In this document: positions 6,555 through 16,836 of the stretch, piece by piece
How positions within the stretch are numbered: the stretch's first letter is position 1
Layout of the letters: the number at the start of each line of letters is the position of its first letter
Assembly (NCBI GenBank): GCA_965221215.1
Contig: OZ244872.1
Coordinates: 1,867,601 to 1,931,600 of the forward strand
Direction of reading: 5' to 3'
DNA: 64,000 nucleotides
DNA from: Candidatus Aldehydirespirator sp.
GTDB lineage: Bacteria > Actinomycetota > Acidimicrobiia > Acidimicrobiales > Aldehydirespiratoraceae
The notes under the pieces: model-generated
Database searches by the model: none
Seen by the model: only the letters and a program-made list of their open reading frames with translations
Told to the model about the DNA's origin: nothing
Made by a program: the position numbers and the translations under genes

Positions 6555-9349
6555 AACAGGGCCTGCTGGGACGGGCCGGCAGCCGCGGCTGCGCCGGTGC
6601 GCAGGTTGGGCCAGGCGGTGATGAGGCCGTTGTAGGCGCCGGCCTCGGCGGCCCAGCCGCGGTCGTTGGCCTTCTGGTACAGCAGGTAGGCAAGCTGACG
6701 AGCCCGATCACCGTTGCCGCCGAGGATGTGCAGGAGTTCGGCCGCCTCAGACTCCGAGCGCTCCAGCCCGGCGGCCAGGTGTTGGGTGGCCTCCCACACG
6801 GTGAACCGGTCGTCATGCACCGGCGACCAGTCGGGATCGAGTTCGCTGCGCTCGTACAGGCGGAACTTGCCGGCCCGGGCCTCGCCGATACCAGATTCCT
6901 CGATGCCGGCCAGGGAGGTGTTCTTGGCTCGGGCCACGCTGTCAGCGTCACCTGAGGGACCGGAGTCGTAGCCATGCTCGGCGAACCAAGTGAGTGCGAA
7001 GCGTGTGTCGGCATCGAGTTCGGCTTCCTCGCCGTCGAGCACTTCACCAAGCACATCGTTGATGATGGCCAGCGCGGCCGACACCGGCATCGACGACCCA
7101 TCGGCCTCCACCACCCGGGCATACCGGGAGAACACCTTGATGCCCGGCCCGATGGTGGACTGTGCCATATCCACCGGAGCAATATTGCCCGACTGCAACA
7201 TCCGCACCGCCTCAGGAAGCTCCTGCCGCAACGCGGCAATGAACTCACCACGCGTAGCTAGAACCGCCGAATCAGGCCGTGGTCGGCAGGCAAGCACGAT
7301 CGAGGACGCGAGAGCGTTGGTGCCTCTGGCGAGAATTCGGCCAGGTGACTCGGTACGCATCGGCCACGTAGCGCAGACCTGCAATCCTGCACCGAAGACA
7401 GCCTGCAAGAACGTGTCCCAACCCGTCGTACGAACCTCTCCATCCTTGGATTCGGTCGCCTTGTACGCGTAGTAGATCGTCGCGGGGACATCTGGTGGCT
7501 GATTCTGCGCAACTTGAGCCATGAACTCCGCCATGCCGGACTCGAAGTGTCGCTCGGCTTCCTCCTTTGAGCCTGCCCGGTGGGTATTCGCAATGAGTTC
7601 TTCAGCTTTGGGAGTCAGCAGTGTCGAGCACTCGTCAGGCCACACGTCCGACAGGTTCCTTCGCAGCCAGACGTAGAAGAAATCCGACAAATCGGCGTAG
7701 GAAATGTTGTCATAGTACGGAGGATCAGTCGCGACGACGCCGCCCGCGGATTCTCGAACGCGCGCACGAGCATCCCGCTGGACAGCTACACCTTGGCGAT
7801 CTTGAGAGCCAGCACATGATGGCAGTTCTGCAATGACCCGCTGAACCTTAGAAAGACAGAGTTCCCAGCTGCCTCCTCGTCCTGAGAAGGGACTTGCTTC
7901 CGCGAAGTCCCATGTCATAGGAATCGCCTGGCGGGCGAACACTTCACGGAAGGCCCCTCGATCATTCATCCATGTGACGACGTTCGACCAGAGATTCGTG
8001 CACTTGTCGATGGTGAACGCCAAGTACGTCACGATTGCATCTGCGTACGCATCGGCACCGCGGCCGCCCTCAAACAATCTCATTCCGTTCGTTGCCAAGC
8101 CAGCAGCCTGCGCATGGGATCGTGCCGACATCTTAACCTGGTGAAGAAGACTTGAGAATTCAGTTAGCGCAGTTAGCTGCCGGGGCGTAAACAGCTTCCA
8201 CCATTCGTCTAGTCCGTAGATGGTAATCCAGATATTGCGAGGATCAAGCGCCACGTCGCTGGTAGGAATCCGGGAAGGCAGACCAGCATCTGCGGCCTCG
8301 ATGTCTTCGTTTGAGGCAGCGCGATACACCTTGCCGTTCGAACTCTCTAGAATGACTGCCATCAACTGATGACGCATGCGCCCAGCAAGGCTCTCCGATT
8401 TGATGTAGCTCCCGGGAATGGCGGCACCCGTCGCAATGCAGGTGCCCTTGCCCCTGTCCACCGTTCTACCGTGGGACGGCTCACCGCCTTCCCGAATCTC
8501 ATAGCTAATCGTCATAGCGTCGCGGTCGATGATCGGCGCGATCCAGACCTTGGGCTTGCCGGGCCGTTTGGCGAGCGTCCACGACGCCACTAGCGGCACA
8601 TGGCCCGACCAGCTCGGGTCCGGCGACTCCACGGTGCGGGCCCAGATCCAGGCGATAGGCGTGAGTTGCTCTCCGTTGGGGCCGGTGGCATCGGGGTACA
8701 GGTGCCCGATGCGCTTGTAGGCCTCATTGCGCATCCACTGTCCATACGCCTCGATGTCGGCAGCGAGTCCCTGGGCCCGCTCCCAGGTGGTGAGGGTCTT
8801 GTCGATGTCGGGATGGACCGGTGGCAGCCCAGCGAAGCGGGGCGGGATCTCAATCGTTGCCTTGTTGATCAGCACCGCCACCGGGTTCAGGTCCCCGGCG
8901 AGCGCAGTGAGTCCGAGTCGCTGCGCCTCCAGCGGTATGGCCCCTCCCCCGGCGAAAGGATCCAAGATCGGCGGAGGCCCATCGGGGAAGCACCGGTCGA
9001 TTTCGGCCCGGGCCTCAGCCAGCACGTCAGCGTTGTTCGAGTTCTCCCACTTGACCAGCCGCTCCAGGATCCCAAACAGCCGCTGCCGCTCAGCATCCAT
9101 CTTCTGCTCACGCTCTGCCTTCTGCTCTTCAGTCTCGTCATCGGGGGTCACGAACTCGTCATAGCCCGAGGGATCATCCACCAGCGATGCCCAGATCACC
9201 GCCCGAGCCGCTGCCAGCGGCCGCCGAGCCCACCACAGATGCAGCGTCGACGGATGCCCATGCCGAATCGACTTCTCCCGCGCCGCCTCAGCATTGATCG
9301 CCGCCAACGGCAAAGCCACCTCGATCAACTTCGGCTTGTAGTCTTTCAC
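6551..9349 (-). CDS. DUF1156-type DNA methyltransferase, probably N6-adenine
   Basis: 932 aa. N-terminus MKDYKPKLIEVALPLAAINAEAAREKSIRHGHPSTLHLWWARRP is characteristic of DUF1156. AdoMet motif LDPFAGGGAIPLEAQRLG, then catalytic VATDPPYYDNISYADLSDFFYVWL. Confidence 0.8.
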   Translation of the reverse strand: MKDYKPKLIEVALPLAAINAEAAREKSIRHGHPSTLHLWWARRPLAAARAVIWASLVDDPSGYDEFVTPDDETEEQKAEREQKMDAERQRLFGILERLVKWENSNNADVLAEARAEIDRCFPDGPPPILDPFAGGGAIPLEAQRLGLTALAGDLNPVAVLINKATIEIPPRFAGLPPVHPDIDKTLTTWERAQGLAADIEAYGQWMRNEAYKRIGHLYPDATGPNGEQLTPIAWIWARTVESPDPSWSGHVPLVASWTLAKRPGKPKVWIAPIIDRDAMTISYEIREGGEPSHGRTVDRGKGTCIATGAAIPGSYIKSESLAGRMRHQLMAVILESSNGKVYRAASNEDIEAADAGLPSRIPTSDVALDPRNIWITIYGLDEWWKLFTPRQLTALTEFSSLLHQVKMSARSHAQAAGLATNGMRLFEGGRGADAYADAIVTYLAFTIDKCTNLWSNVVTWMNDRGAFREVFARQAIPMTWDFAEASPFSGRGGSWELCLSKVQRVIAELPSCAGSQDRQGVAVQRDARARVRESAGGVVATDPPYYDNISYADLSDFFYVWLRRNLSDVWPDECSTLLTPKAEELIANTHRAGSKEEAERHFESGMAEFMAQVAQNQPPDVPATIYYAYKATESKDGEVRTTGWDTFLQAVFGAGLQVCATWPMRTESPGRILARGTNALASSIVLACRPRPDSAVLATRGEFIAALRQELPEAVRMLQSGNIAPVDMAQSTIGPGIKVFSRYARVVEADGSSMPVSAALAIINDVLGEVLDGEEAELDADTRFALTWFAEHGYDSGPSGDADSVARAKNTSLAGIEESGIGEARAGKFRLYERSELDPDWSPVHDDRFTVWEATQHLAAGLERSESEAAELLHILGGNGDRARQLAYLLYQKANDRGWAAEAGAYNGLITAWPNLRTGAAAAAGPSQQALL

Positions 9350-9404
9350 GGATGGTCACGGTACCTGGTACTGACCCGACGGATGCAGATACGGAGGTCC
9401 GCTC

Positions 9405-10550
9405 ATGGCGAACGCTACTCCCCGGGACGCACGTGCCGGATTCGCGATCTACCGTCAGAGGGATGGAGCCATCGAGCTTGATGCCATCAATTCTCGACTA
9501 GAAGAATCCGGTTACGGTCGAATCGCGCAACGCACCCTCACTCACTATCGCAATCTTGTGAAGGCCGGATTCAATCGATACATTTCAATCAACCGCTTCG
9601 ATGTCGCTCGAGCCTCCCGACCCTATGAGAACATGTCCACATTGAGCCGGTATCGATACCACGCTGTCGGCCAAGAGATCATTGTAATCTTCTCGAAGAA
9701 CAGCGAGATACTTGAAGTCCAAGGCCAAATGATCGAGTCGGGCGATGTGGGTGCAGTTCTGACGTTCTCCAACGAGGAGTCTCTTCAAAAACTACGACAG
9801 TATACGCCCCGCCCTGGTGTGTACCTCACTCTACACAAGGTCAATTCACCCACTAGTATCAGCGCAACAGTCATCGAATGCGACCTTGAGAGCAGTCCAG
9901 TTCTTCTTGAAGTCGAGTACACAACGCTTGTCTCCCTAGCTGAGATCGAAGATTCGGTTCCATCGCACAGCGTCTTGGCAGAGTTCACGCTCATTTCTGG
10001 TACCGATGGCCTGGAGGCTATGGATGTCATCGGAAGACGCCTGCACAACTTCTTTGATCTTCTTGAAGGCATGCGCGCGCTGTTGAACGAAGCTGGCCGA
10101 TACTCGGGTGACGATATGTATGCCGCTCCTCCGGTGGTACACGAAATCCGAATTTCTTCACCGGCTGTTTTGCTTCTTCAAGTGTCACATGATCTCATTT
10201 CACTTGTGCCTTGGCCCTTGTTGATCGCGCTGTTTCCGGCGTGGCGCAAGACTTGGTACAAGGGAACTCGAGAGAAACGAGAAGCGAAGTTGGCAGATGT
10301 GGAGCGACAAAAGGCCGAGTTGGAACTGAAAGCAAGGAAGATGGAGACGAGCCTGCACTCTCAAATCGTTGAAAACATGCGTGCCCAAATGCCCGGAGCT
10401 AGTATTCCTGATTCTGTAATAGAACAGATCTGGCTTTCGGCTATTCTTCCATCCTATCGTGCGCTCTCGCGCTCCGACGTTCAAAAAATCATTGTCGAAC
10501 AAGATGACGAAACTGAAGTCTCCAAAGATGGCTCTGACGATGATGGTTGA
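9405..10550 (+). CDS. Hypothetical protein (381 aa) with one predicted TM segment followed by a charged coiled-coil; lower-GC gene
   Basis: ATG is 8 nt after GGAGG. Hydrophobic LISLVPWPLLIALFPAW, then KGTREKREAKLADVERQKAELELKARKME and an acidic tail. No recognisable catalytic motif. GC is visibly lower than the flanks. Confidence 0.6.
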   Translation: MANATPRDARAGFAIYRQRDGAIELDAINSRLEESGYGRIAQRTLTHYRNLVKAGFNRYISINRFDVARASRPYENMSTLSRYRYHAVGQEIIVIFSKNSEILEVQGQMIESGDVGAVLTFSNEESLQKLRQYTPRPGVYLTLHKVNSPTSISATVIECDLESSPVLLEVEYTTLVSLAEIEDSVPSHSVLAEFTLISGTDGLEAMDVIGRRLHNFFDLLEGMRALLNEAGRYSGDDMYAAPPVVHEIRISSPAVLLLQVSHDLISLVPWPLLIALFPAWRKTWYKGTREKREAKLADVERQKAELELKARKMETSLHSQIVENMRAQMPGASIPDSVIEQIWLSAILPSYRALSRSDVQKIIVEQDDETEVSKDGSDDDG

Positions 10551-10568
10551 TGCTGCTGCGCGTGGTTG

Positions 10569-10924
10569 CTAACTTTCATCAGCAAATATTGGCCTGATCT
10601 GTAATTCAAACTTAAGCGATTCGTCGTCATGAACGGACTCGCGTACCGGTTCATCGGGATACACATCCACGGTTCGACCAGTCGCATCCATCCAGTCGAC
10701 GAGAGCGTCGGCCCAGCGGCCTTCCATAAGAGCGTCGCGGATTGCAGCAAGGTGGGTCCCTAGCTGCTTGGGTTCTGTGGAGGCAATCAACTCGAGGGCG
10801 ATTGTCTGGTTGAGGCCCTCCTCGTCCCGTGCGATGAAGACCTCCGGCTCTGTCCCATCTTCGTGGACGACAGCATAGAAGACCCGCTGTAGGCGACGCT
10901 CCCGGTCAACGGATTCATCGCTCA
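10569..10924 (-). CDS. Hypothetical protein (118 aa) immediately downstream of the SPPY methyltransferase
   Basis: Start chosen at MSDESVDRERR.., 5 nt after the stop of the upstream MTase. The longer 156-aa ORF would overlap that gene. No recognisable motif. Confidence 0.45.
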
Positions 10925-10929
10925 TCGTC

Positions 10930-12462
10930 TCACGAGTCGCCTCGGGCGAAGCCAGCGAGCCTCGGGAGGTCGTCGGATGAGAGCATCCGGATGACGTCTC
11001 GCACCGGCTTGTCAGGTCCGATGAGCGTCTGGAGCGCACGGTGCCCGGCGCTGGTCGGCGCGGGCCGATCGGTGGTCAGAAGCACAATCGGAGTGTCCGG
11101 CTCGACCGAATGCAGCACGGCCGCCTTGCCGAGTGCTTTCCAGAGAGTGTCCGTGCGGCGCAACCCGGGACGTTGCGTGACACTGAATGCCCCTGACACA
11201 TCGAAGAACCACTTGCGACCAGACCGGTCTCGAGCCTCAAAGTTGACCTCGACGCCGCAGGGCTTCTTCACCTTCTCTCCAACAACCTCGAAGCCGCACT
11301 GGAGCAGCACCGCTTTGGCCATCACTTGGGCCTTGCGTCCCTCCCGCCCGGCCCTCGCCTGAAAGTCGCCCGGCACGCTGGAATCAGGACGGGTAGCGAC
11401 ATGCGGGGAACTGCCGTTCGACGAGGCCAACGACTCGACGAGGTCCAGGAAGAACTGGCGATCGCTCCTGCGTCTGGTCGACGGCGACGCGGTCACCGAC
11501 CAGCCCACCCCATCGGATCGCTCCTCAAGCCTTTGCCGCTCATCGGCGATACGCCGTTCGGCCAACTCGATGTAGGAGGCGTCGGTGTCGAAGCCGGCGT
11601 AGCGACGGCCGGTGCGGACGGCGGCGACTGCCGTCGTGCCAGCCCCGACGAAAGGGTCGAGGATCAGGTCGCCGCGGTAGGTGTAGAGCTCGATCAGCCG
11701 CTCGGGCAACTCCACGGGAAACGGCGCAGGATGCTCGACGCGCGTAGCCGAAGCCGGGGGTATTTCCCAGACGTCTGTCGTGGCCTCCATGAACTCATCG
11801 ACATAGGCGGAGCCATCCGAGGGCCAGCCTTTCTCGGCGCGCGCGGCGGGTGGCAGCGCCCGGTCGAAGCGGCCCTTGGACGCGATCACCACCCGCTCCG
11901 TGAGGTCTCGCAGCACAGGATTGCCGGGCTGTTGGAAGCTGCCCCACGCGCAGCTGCCAGTGGCGCCCTTGGCCTTCTGCCAGACCACCTCGCCTCGCAG
12001 CAGCAGTCGCAGGCGGTCCTGCAGTATCGCGATCACATCTGCGGACAGGGAGCGATATGGGCGCCGCCCCAGGTTGGCGATGTTCACTGCAATGCGCCCG
12101 CCAGGCTCAAGCTTCCGCACGCACTCCCTGAAGACGTCCTCCAGCATCTTGAGATAGTCGACGTAGCTGGCAGGAACGTGGCCGTGCCCCACGGCCTGCT
12201 CGTACTCCTTGCCCGCGTAATAGGGCGGCGAGGTCACGACGAGAGCAACCGAATCGTCCGCTACATCGCCACACGCGTCCATGTCACGGGCATCGCCCAC
12301 CCAGAGACAGTCAGCGCTCGCATGGGGCTTGATCTCATCATCGTCACAGATCTCTGGAACCGGGAACCGCTCGTAGAACGCCGAAGCGTCGTGAGCCTCC
12401 CGGCGGCTCACGCCGAAGCTCGACGTAGACGTGCCGCGCCTACGGCCGTTCGATGCACTCAC
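10930..12462 (-). CDS. Beta-class N4-cytosine/N6-adenine DNA methyltransferase (SPPY) with a ~190-aa C-terminal extension of unknown function
   Basis: LVVTSPPYYAGKEYE (motif IV) precedes LILDPFVGAGTTAVAAVRTGRRYAGFDTD (motif I), which is the beta order. The C-terminal part (..GVEVNFEARDRSGRKWFFDVSGAFSV..RTDTLWKALGK..) matches no domain I recognise. Confidence 0.8.
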   Translation of the reverse strand: MSASNGRRRGTSTSSFGVSRREAHDASAFYERFPVPEICDDDEIKPHASADCLWVGDARDMDACGDVADDSVALVVTSPPYYAGKEYEQAVGHGHVPASYVDYLKMLEDVFRECVRKLEPGGRIAVNIANLGRRPYRSLSADVIAILQDRLRLLLRGEVVWQKAKGATGSCAWGSFQQPGNPVLRDLTERVVIASKGRFDRALPPAARAEKGWPSDGSAYVDEFMEATTDVWEIPPASATRVEHPAPFPVELPERLIELYTYRGDLILDPFVGAGTTAVAAVRTGRRYAGFDTDASYIELAERRIADERQRLEERSDGVGWSVTASPSTRRRSDRQFFLDLVESLASSNGSSPHVATRPDSSVPGDFQARAGREGRKAQVMAKAVLLQCGFEVVGEKVKKPCGVEVNFEARDRSGRKWFFDVSGAFSVTQRPGLRRTDTLWKALGKAAVLHSVEPDTPIVLLTTDRPAPTSAGHRALQTLIGPDKPVRDVIRMLSSDDLPRLAGFARGDS

Positions 12463-15393
12463 GGCCCGTCAGGCCTGCGGATGTTGCCCGCGTGGCTGTG
12501 CAGCATGATCGGGAAGCCGTTGAGAGTCACGGCAAGAAGCTACAGGTCCTATGCGACACCGACTCTGGAGCCGAGGATCCTCGCGGTAGGGAGGCTCGGC
12601 TCGCACATCAGGACTTTACCGCGTGTGAGGCTCAAATGCCAGTATTGTAATTTCGCTCGACGTAGCTCGGACCCACAGACCAGACACAGATGGACCGTGT
12701 CGAACAGTGCGTTTGATGCTACCTGACAGCCGAGACTGAGCCACGCAGATCAGGTCGGTGGGGTGGCGTAGGTGAGGAGGTCGGCGACGTTGAGGGGGAC
12801 GCTGGTCTGGGCCGGGTGCAGGGTCACGTTCTTGAACGGCTCGACCAGGTAGTGGACCTCGGGTTCGGCGTCGGGGTCTTCGGGGACGGAGACCACGGCC
12901 AGTCGCCAGCGTTCGCGGTTGTTTTGGGACTGGCCTACCTGGCGGCGGCTGACGCTGATCTGTTCGGTTTGGGGTAGGTGGCCTTTGACCTCGATGAAGT
13001 AGCACGCTCCGGTGGCGGGGTCGATGGACAGTACGTCGTAGCCGGGGTTGCCGTGGGCCTGTTCCTCGGGGACCCGGCCCAGTTTCTGTTCGGCCTTCAT
13101 CACTGCGGCTACGGCTCGGCGGTCGGTTTCGGCCTTCTTGGCGGGGTCGACGGAGATGACGGTTCGGCCGGCCAACTCGTCGAGCAGCCCTTGGGGCACT
13201 ACGACCGCGGCTGCAACGATGGTGGGCGGGCTGTTGTGGAGGTCGTCCTCTTGGGTCAGCTCCAGGCGTCGTCGGGCGAGGCGGGCCTGCAGTTCGTCGG
13301 CTCTGGCCCGGGCGCGGCCTGAGTTAATACGGGGTTTCTTGCCTGCTATCTCCTGGGCCTTGATCTCCTCGGTGCGCCGGTCCCAGTAGCGGATCTCGGA
13401 CTCCAGGCGCTCCCGCACTGCATTCCAGACCTTGGAGATCCGGGCGTGGGTGATGGCGGCGACCTCGTCGAAGTGCGGGCCGGCCAGGTGCTCGATGGCC
13501 CAGGACCGGGCCGTGTCCTCGGCGGTTCGGTCTGCCCATTCGAGGTCTAGCTGCCCGTCCAGGAGTGTCTGCTGGTCCTGGGTCAGGGGCGCGTAGTTGA
13601 GGTAGGGCTCATCGCCGGGGTCTCCGACATTGCCGGCGCGGTCGATCTCGACGTAGTGGAACCGGCGTGACACCACTTGGCGGGTGCCGTGGACCTCGCG
13701 TCCGTCGGTGATGGTGTGGTCCAGGTAGACGAGCAGACGTGGATCGGTTGACGGATCGCTGTCGTCTACCAGCACCGCGCCCTGCCGCAGGGTCGAGCCG
13801 AAGTCGGCCATGGCCTTGTTCACCACCGCCGCCAGCAGCGGCGTGCCAGGGGAGATCAGATCGGCCCGCATCGATGCGCCCGGTGGGCTATCGCTGGCGC
13901 GGTTCGGCTGGATGTGGGCCTTGTCGAAGGTCACCCGCTCGTAGCGGTCATGCACCGGCCCGAGGTCGGCCTCGGCGTGGGCCCGGACCGCGGCCGGCAC
14001 CCGGGTGATCTCGAAACGGCCGTGCTCGCGCCCTGCGATCCGTCCGCTGTAGAGGCGCAGGGCCTCGGTGAAGAACGACTCCACGAACCAGGGCTGCAAC
14101 CGGCGGGCCCGAGCGATCTCCATGTCGCGGCGGATCTTGTCGTTGGCGGCAGGATCGGCCAGCCCGGCCACCAGTGCCCGCTCGTCGAGCACACCCTGCA
14201 TCTGGCGCCCGATGTCATCGTCGATCACCTCGTCCATCCACTCGACATGGGCAGGATCCTCATCAGAGGCGATGGCCCGCATCAGCAGGTCGCGCAGCGA
14301 AATGTTGATCTGGGCGTCGCCCAGCACGTCGTACACCTGGTCGCCGTAGACGCCGCGCTGCTCCTCGATCTTGGCGAACAGCCTCTCGAACACCTTGCCC
14401 TCGCGGGTCTCGAACGCGACCAGGTTCCACAGATGGCACGGCCGATGCTGGCCGATGCGGTGCACCCGCCCGAAGCGCTGCTCGATGCGGTTGGGGTTCC
14501 AGGGCAGGTCGTAGTTGACCACCATGTTGGCTGCCTGAAGATTGACGCCCTCGCCGGCCGCGTCGGTGGCCACCAGCACCCGCGCCGTGGGATCGACCCG
14601 GAACCGGTCCTGGATGCCGCGGCGGTCGTGGCGCTTGATCCCGCCGTGGATCCTGACCACCGCCTCCGGCCGGCCCAGCTCGGACTCGATCCGCTCGGCG
14701 ACATAGTCGAGCGTGTCCTTGTGCTCGGAGAACACGATCAGCTTGCGGGCCGAATCTGAGCCGGCGCTCAAATCCAGACCAGAGTCGGACGAGTCCGAGA
14801 GAGCGCCCGTTGCGAAGCGGTCAGAGCGCAACAGGCCCCGCAGCTGGAGCCACTTGGTGTCGACGCCGCTGCGGCGCACGCCGTCGGCCAGCTTCACCAA
14901 CTCCTTGAGCTCCTCGACCTCGGCCTCCAGCTCTTCGGCGGTGCCGGCCGCGGTGGCCGCGTCGATCACGACGTCCTCCAGGTCCTCGCGCTCGGCATCG
15001 TCGTAGTCGTCGAAGTCAAAGTCCTCCAGATCAGCGATCTTCACGCCCTTCGGCAGATCGATCACTGGCACCGGACTGCCGGAAGCAGCCAGACGGCGCA
15101 ACTCCGCGGCCTGGTCGTTCAAGCGGTCCCGGCGGCGGCGCAGGGAGTGGTAGATGGCCGCGGGGGACGATGCCAGGCGGCGCTGGAGACCGGCCAGCGC
15201 GAAGCCGACAATGATCCCGCGGCTCTTGTCGCCCTCCTCGCTCATCCGCGCCGCCCGGTTCATGCCGTTGCGCACGTAGTCGGTGACTTCCTTGTACAAC
15301 TCGGCCTCGGACTCCGAGAGCTCGAAGTTGAGGCTGTGAGCGTGGCGCTGAGGGAACAGGCGCTTGCCCTCAAAGGTCCGCAGGTTCTCCTTG

Positions 15394-16836
15394 GGTGGCG
15401 TCTCATCGCCGGTGTAATAGCAGCAGGGGCGTAGGTTCCTTCGAGAACCTCAACTCAAGAAGGAGACCTACGCCCGTGCCTGCACGAGTATCGCCCACAG
15501 AAGCTGTCCGCGCCGAGATCGACGAGTTGTTCGGCTCGGGCCGCGACATCGCCGAGGTGCTCGAGGAGGTGATGCGCCTGTCGGCGCGGCTCGTGTTGCA
15601 GCAGGTCCTCGAGGACGAGGTCACCTCCTGGCTGGGCCGGGGCTGGAACTCCCGCGCCGGCGGCGGGCGGGCCGGGCAGCGCAACGGCTACGGCGAGGTG
15701 ACGGTCAAGACCACCGCGGGGCCCCTGGCGCTGAAGCGCCCGAAGCTGCGCAACACCACCGAGGCGTTCGCGTCGCAGTTGCTGGGCAAGGGCGTGGTGC
15801 GCAGCGAGCCGTTGGAGGCGCTGGTGATCTCGGCGTGGGTGCGGGGCCTGTCAGACCGCGACATCGAGGCCCTGTTGGCGGAGGCGCTGGGACCGGAGGC
15901 CGCCTTGTCGAGGTCCACCGCGTCGCGGATCTGCGCGCGGCTGCGCGACGAGTTCGACACGTTCCGCAGCTCAGACCTCTCCGATATCGAGCTGGATTAC
16001 CTGTTCGTTGACGGCAGCCACTTCAAGATGCACGGCGGGTCGCGCGCTGAGCCGGTGCTGGTCGCCTACGGCATCACCACCCTCGGGCGGCCGGTGCTGC
16101 TGGCCGTGGAGCCCGGCGGCGACGAGTCCTATGACGCCTGGGCCGGGTTCCTCGACGACCTCGCCGAACGGGGGCTGCGGTCCCCGCTGCTGGTCGTCTC
16201 AGACGGCGCGGCAGGCCTGATCGGCGCCGTCGAGCAGAAGATGCCGCAGTCGCTGCGCCAGCGGTGCCTCATCCACCGCGCCCGCAATGTCTTGGCCAAG
16301 GTCCCCGCCGGTCGCCGCGACGAACTCAAGGCCGCGTTCTGGGCGATCTTCGACCTCGACGACGACATCGAGCCCGGCCAGGAAGCGGTGAGCGCAGCAC
16401 AAGCCGGCATCGACGGCTTCGCCCGCCGCTACCAGCGCGAGTTCCCCGCCGCCGTGCGCTGCCTGCTCGCAGACCGCCAAGCGCTCACCGCGCACCTGCG
16501 GCTCCCCGCCGCACACTGGCGCAGGATCCGCCACACCAACCTGATCGAGCGCACCTTCGGCGAGACCCGCCGACGAGTCAAAGTCATCGGCCGGCTCCCC
16601 GGCGAAACGTCCTGCCTCACACTGGTCTGGGCCGTGCTCGACCGGGCCTCAAACGGCTGGCGAGGCCTCACCTACACCCCCGCCATCGCCCGAGCCCTCA
16701 CCGAGCTGCGCCACCAACTCCACCAACCCGCCCACACCAACACCGACCAGCCCGACCACACCGTCACACGCGCCGCCTAACATGACCACCGGAACCTGCG
16801 CCCCAACCGCTATTACACCCAATCTGGGACGCCACC
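15394..16836 (+). mobile_element. IS256-family insertion sequence, copy 2 (1443 bp)
   Basis: Same ends and inverted repeats as copy 1, same orientation. Flanked by the 8-bp direct repeat TCTCCTTG (15386..15393 and 16837..16844). Confidence 0.9.
15476..16780 (+). CDS. IS256-family (Mutator-type) transposase
   Basis: Same frame and start context as copy 1. One amino-acid difference seen (GRLPGETS versus GEAS). Confidence 0.85.
   Translation: MPARVSPTEAVRAEIDELFGSGRDIAEVLEEVMRLSARLVLQQVLEDEVTSWLGRGWNSRAGGGRAGQRNGYGEVTVKTTAGPLALKRPKLRNTTEAFASQLLGKGVVRSEPLEALVISAWVRGLSDRDIEALLAEALGPEAALSRSTASRICARLRDEFDTFRSSDLSDIELDYLFVDGSHFKMHGGSRAEPVLVAYGITTLGRPVLLAVEPGGDESYDAWAGFLDDLAERGLRSPLLVVSDGAAGLIGAVEQKMPQSLRQRCLIHRARNVLAKVPAGRRDELKAAFWAIFDLDDDIEPGQEAVSAAQAGIDGFARRYQREFPAAVRCLLADRQALTAHLRLPAAHWRRIRHTNLIERTFGETRRRVKVIGRLPGETSCLTLVWAVLDRASNGWRGLTYTPAIARALTELRHQLHQPAHTNTDQPDHTVTRAA

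Noticed and set aside
11326-12726. 466-aa plus-strand ORF opposite the SPPY methylase
   Set aside because: Shadow ORF. The methylase motifs lie on the minus strand.
12463-12749. 287-bp spacer between the helicase and the SPPY methylase as a possible ncRNA or retron-like element
   Set aside because: Only short palindromes are present (GAGGATCCTC, and GAGCCGAGG with an imperfect partner). There is no convincing extended structure or reverse transcriptase nearby. It is more simply an internal promoter region.
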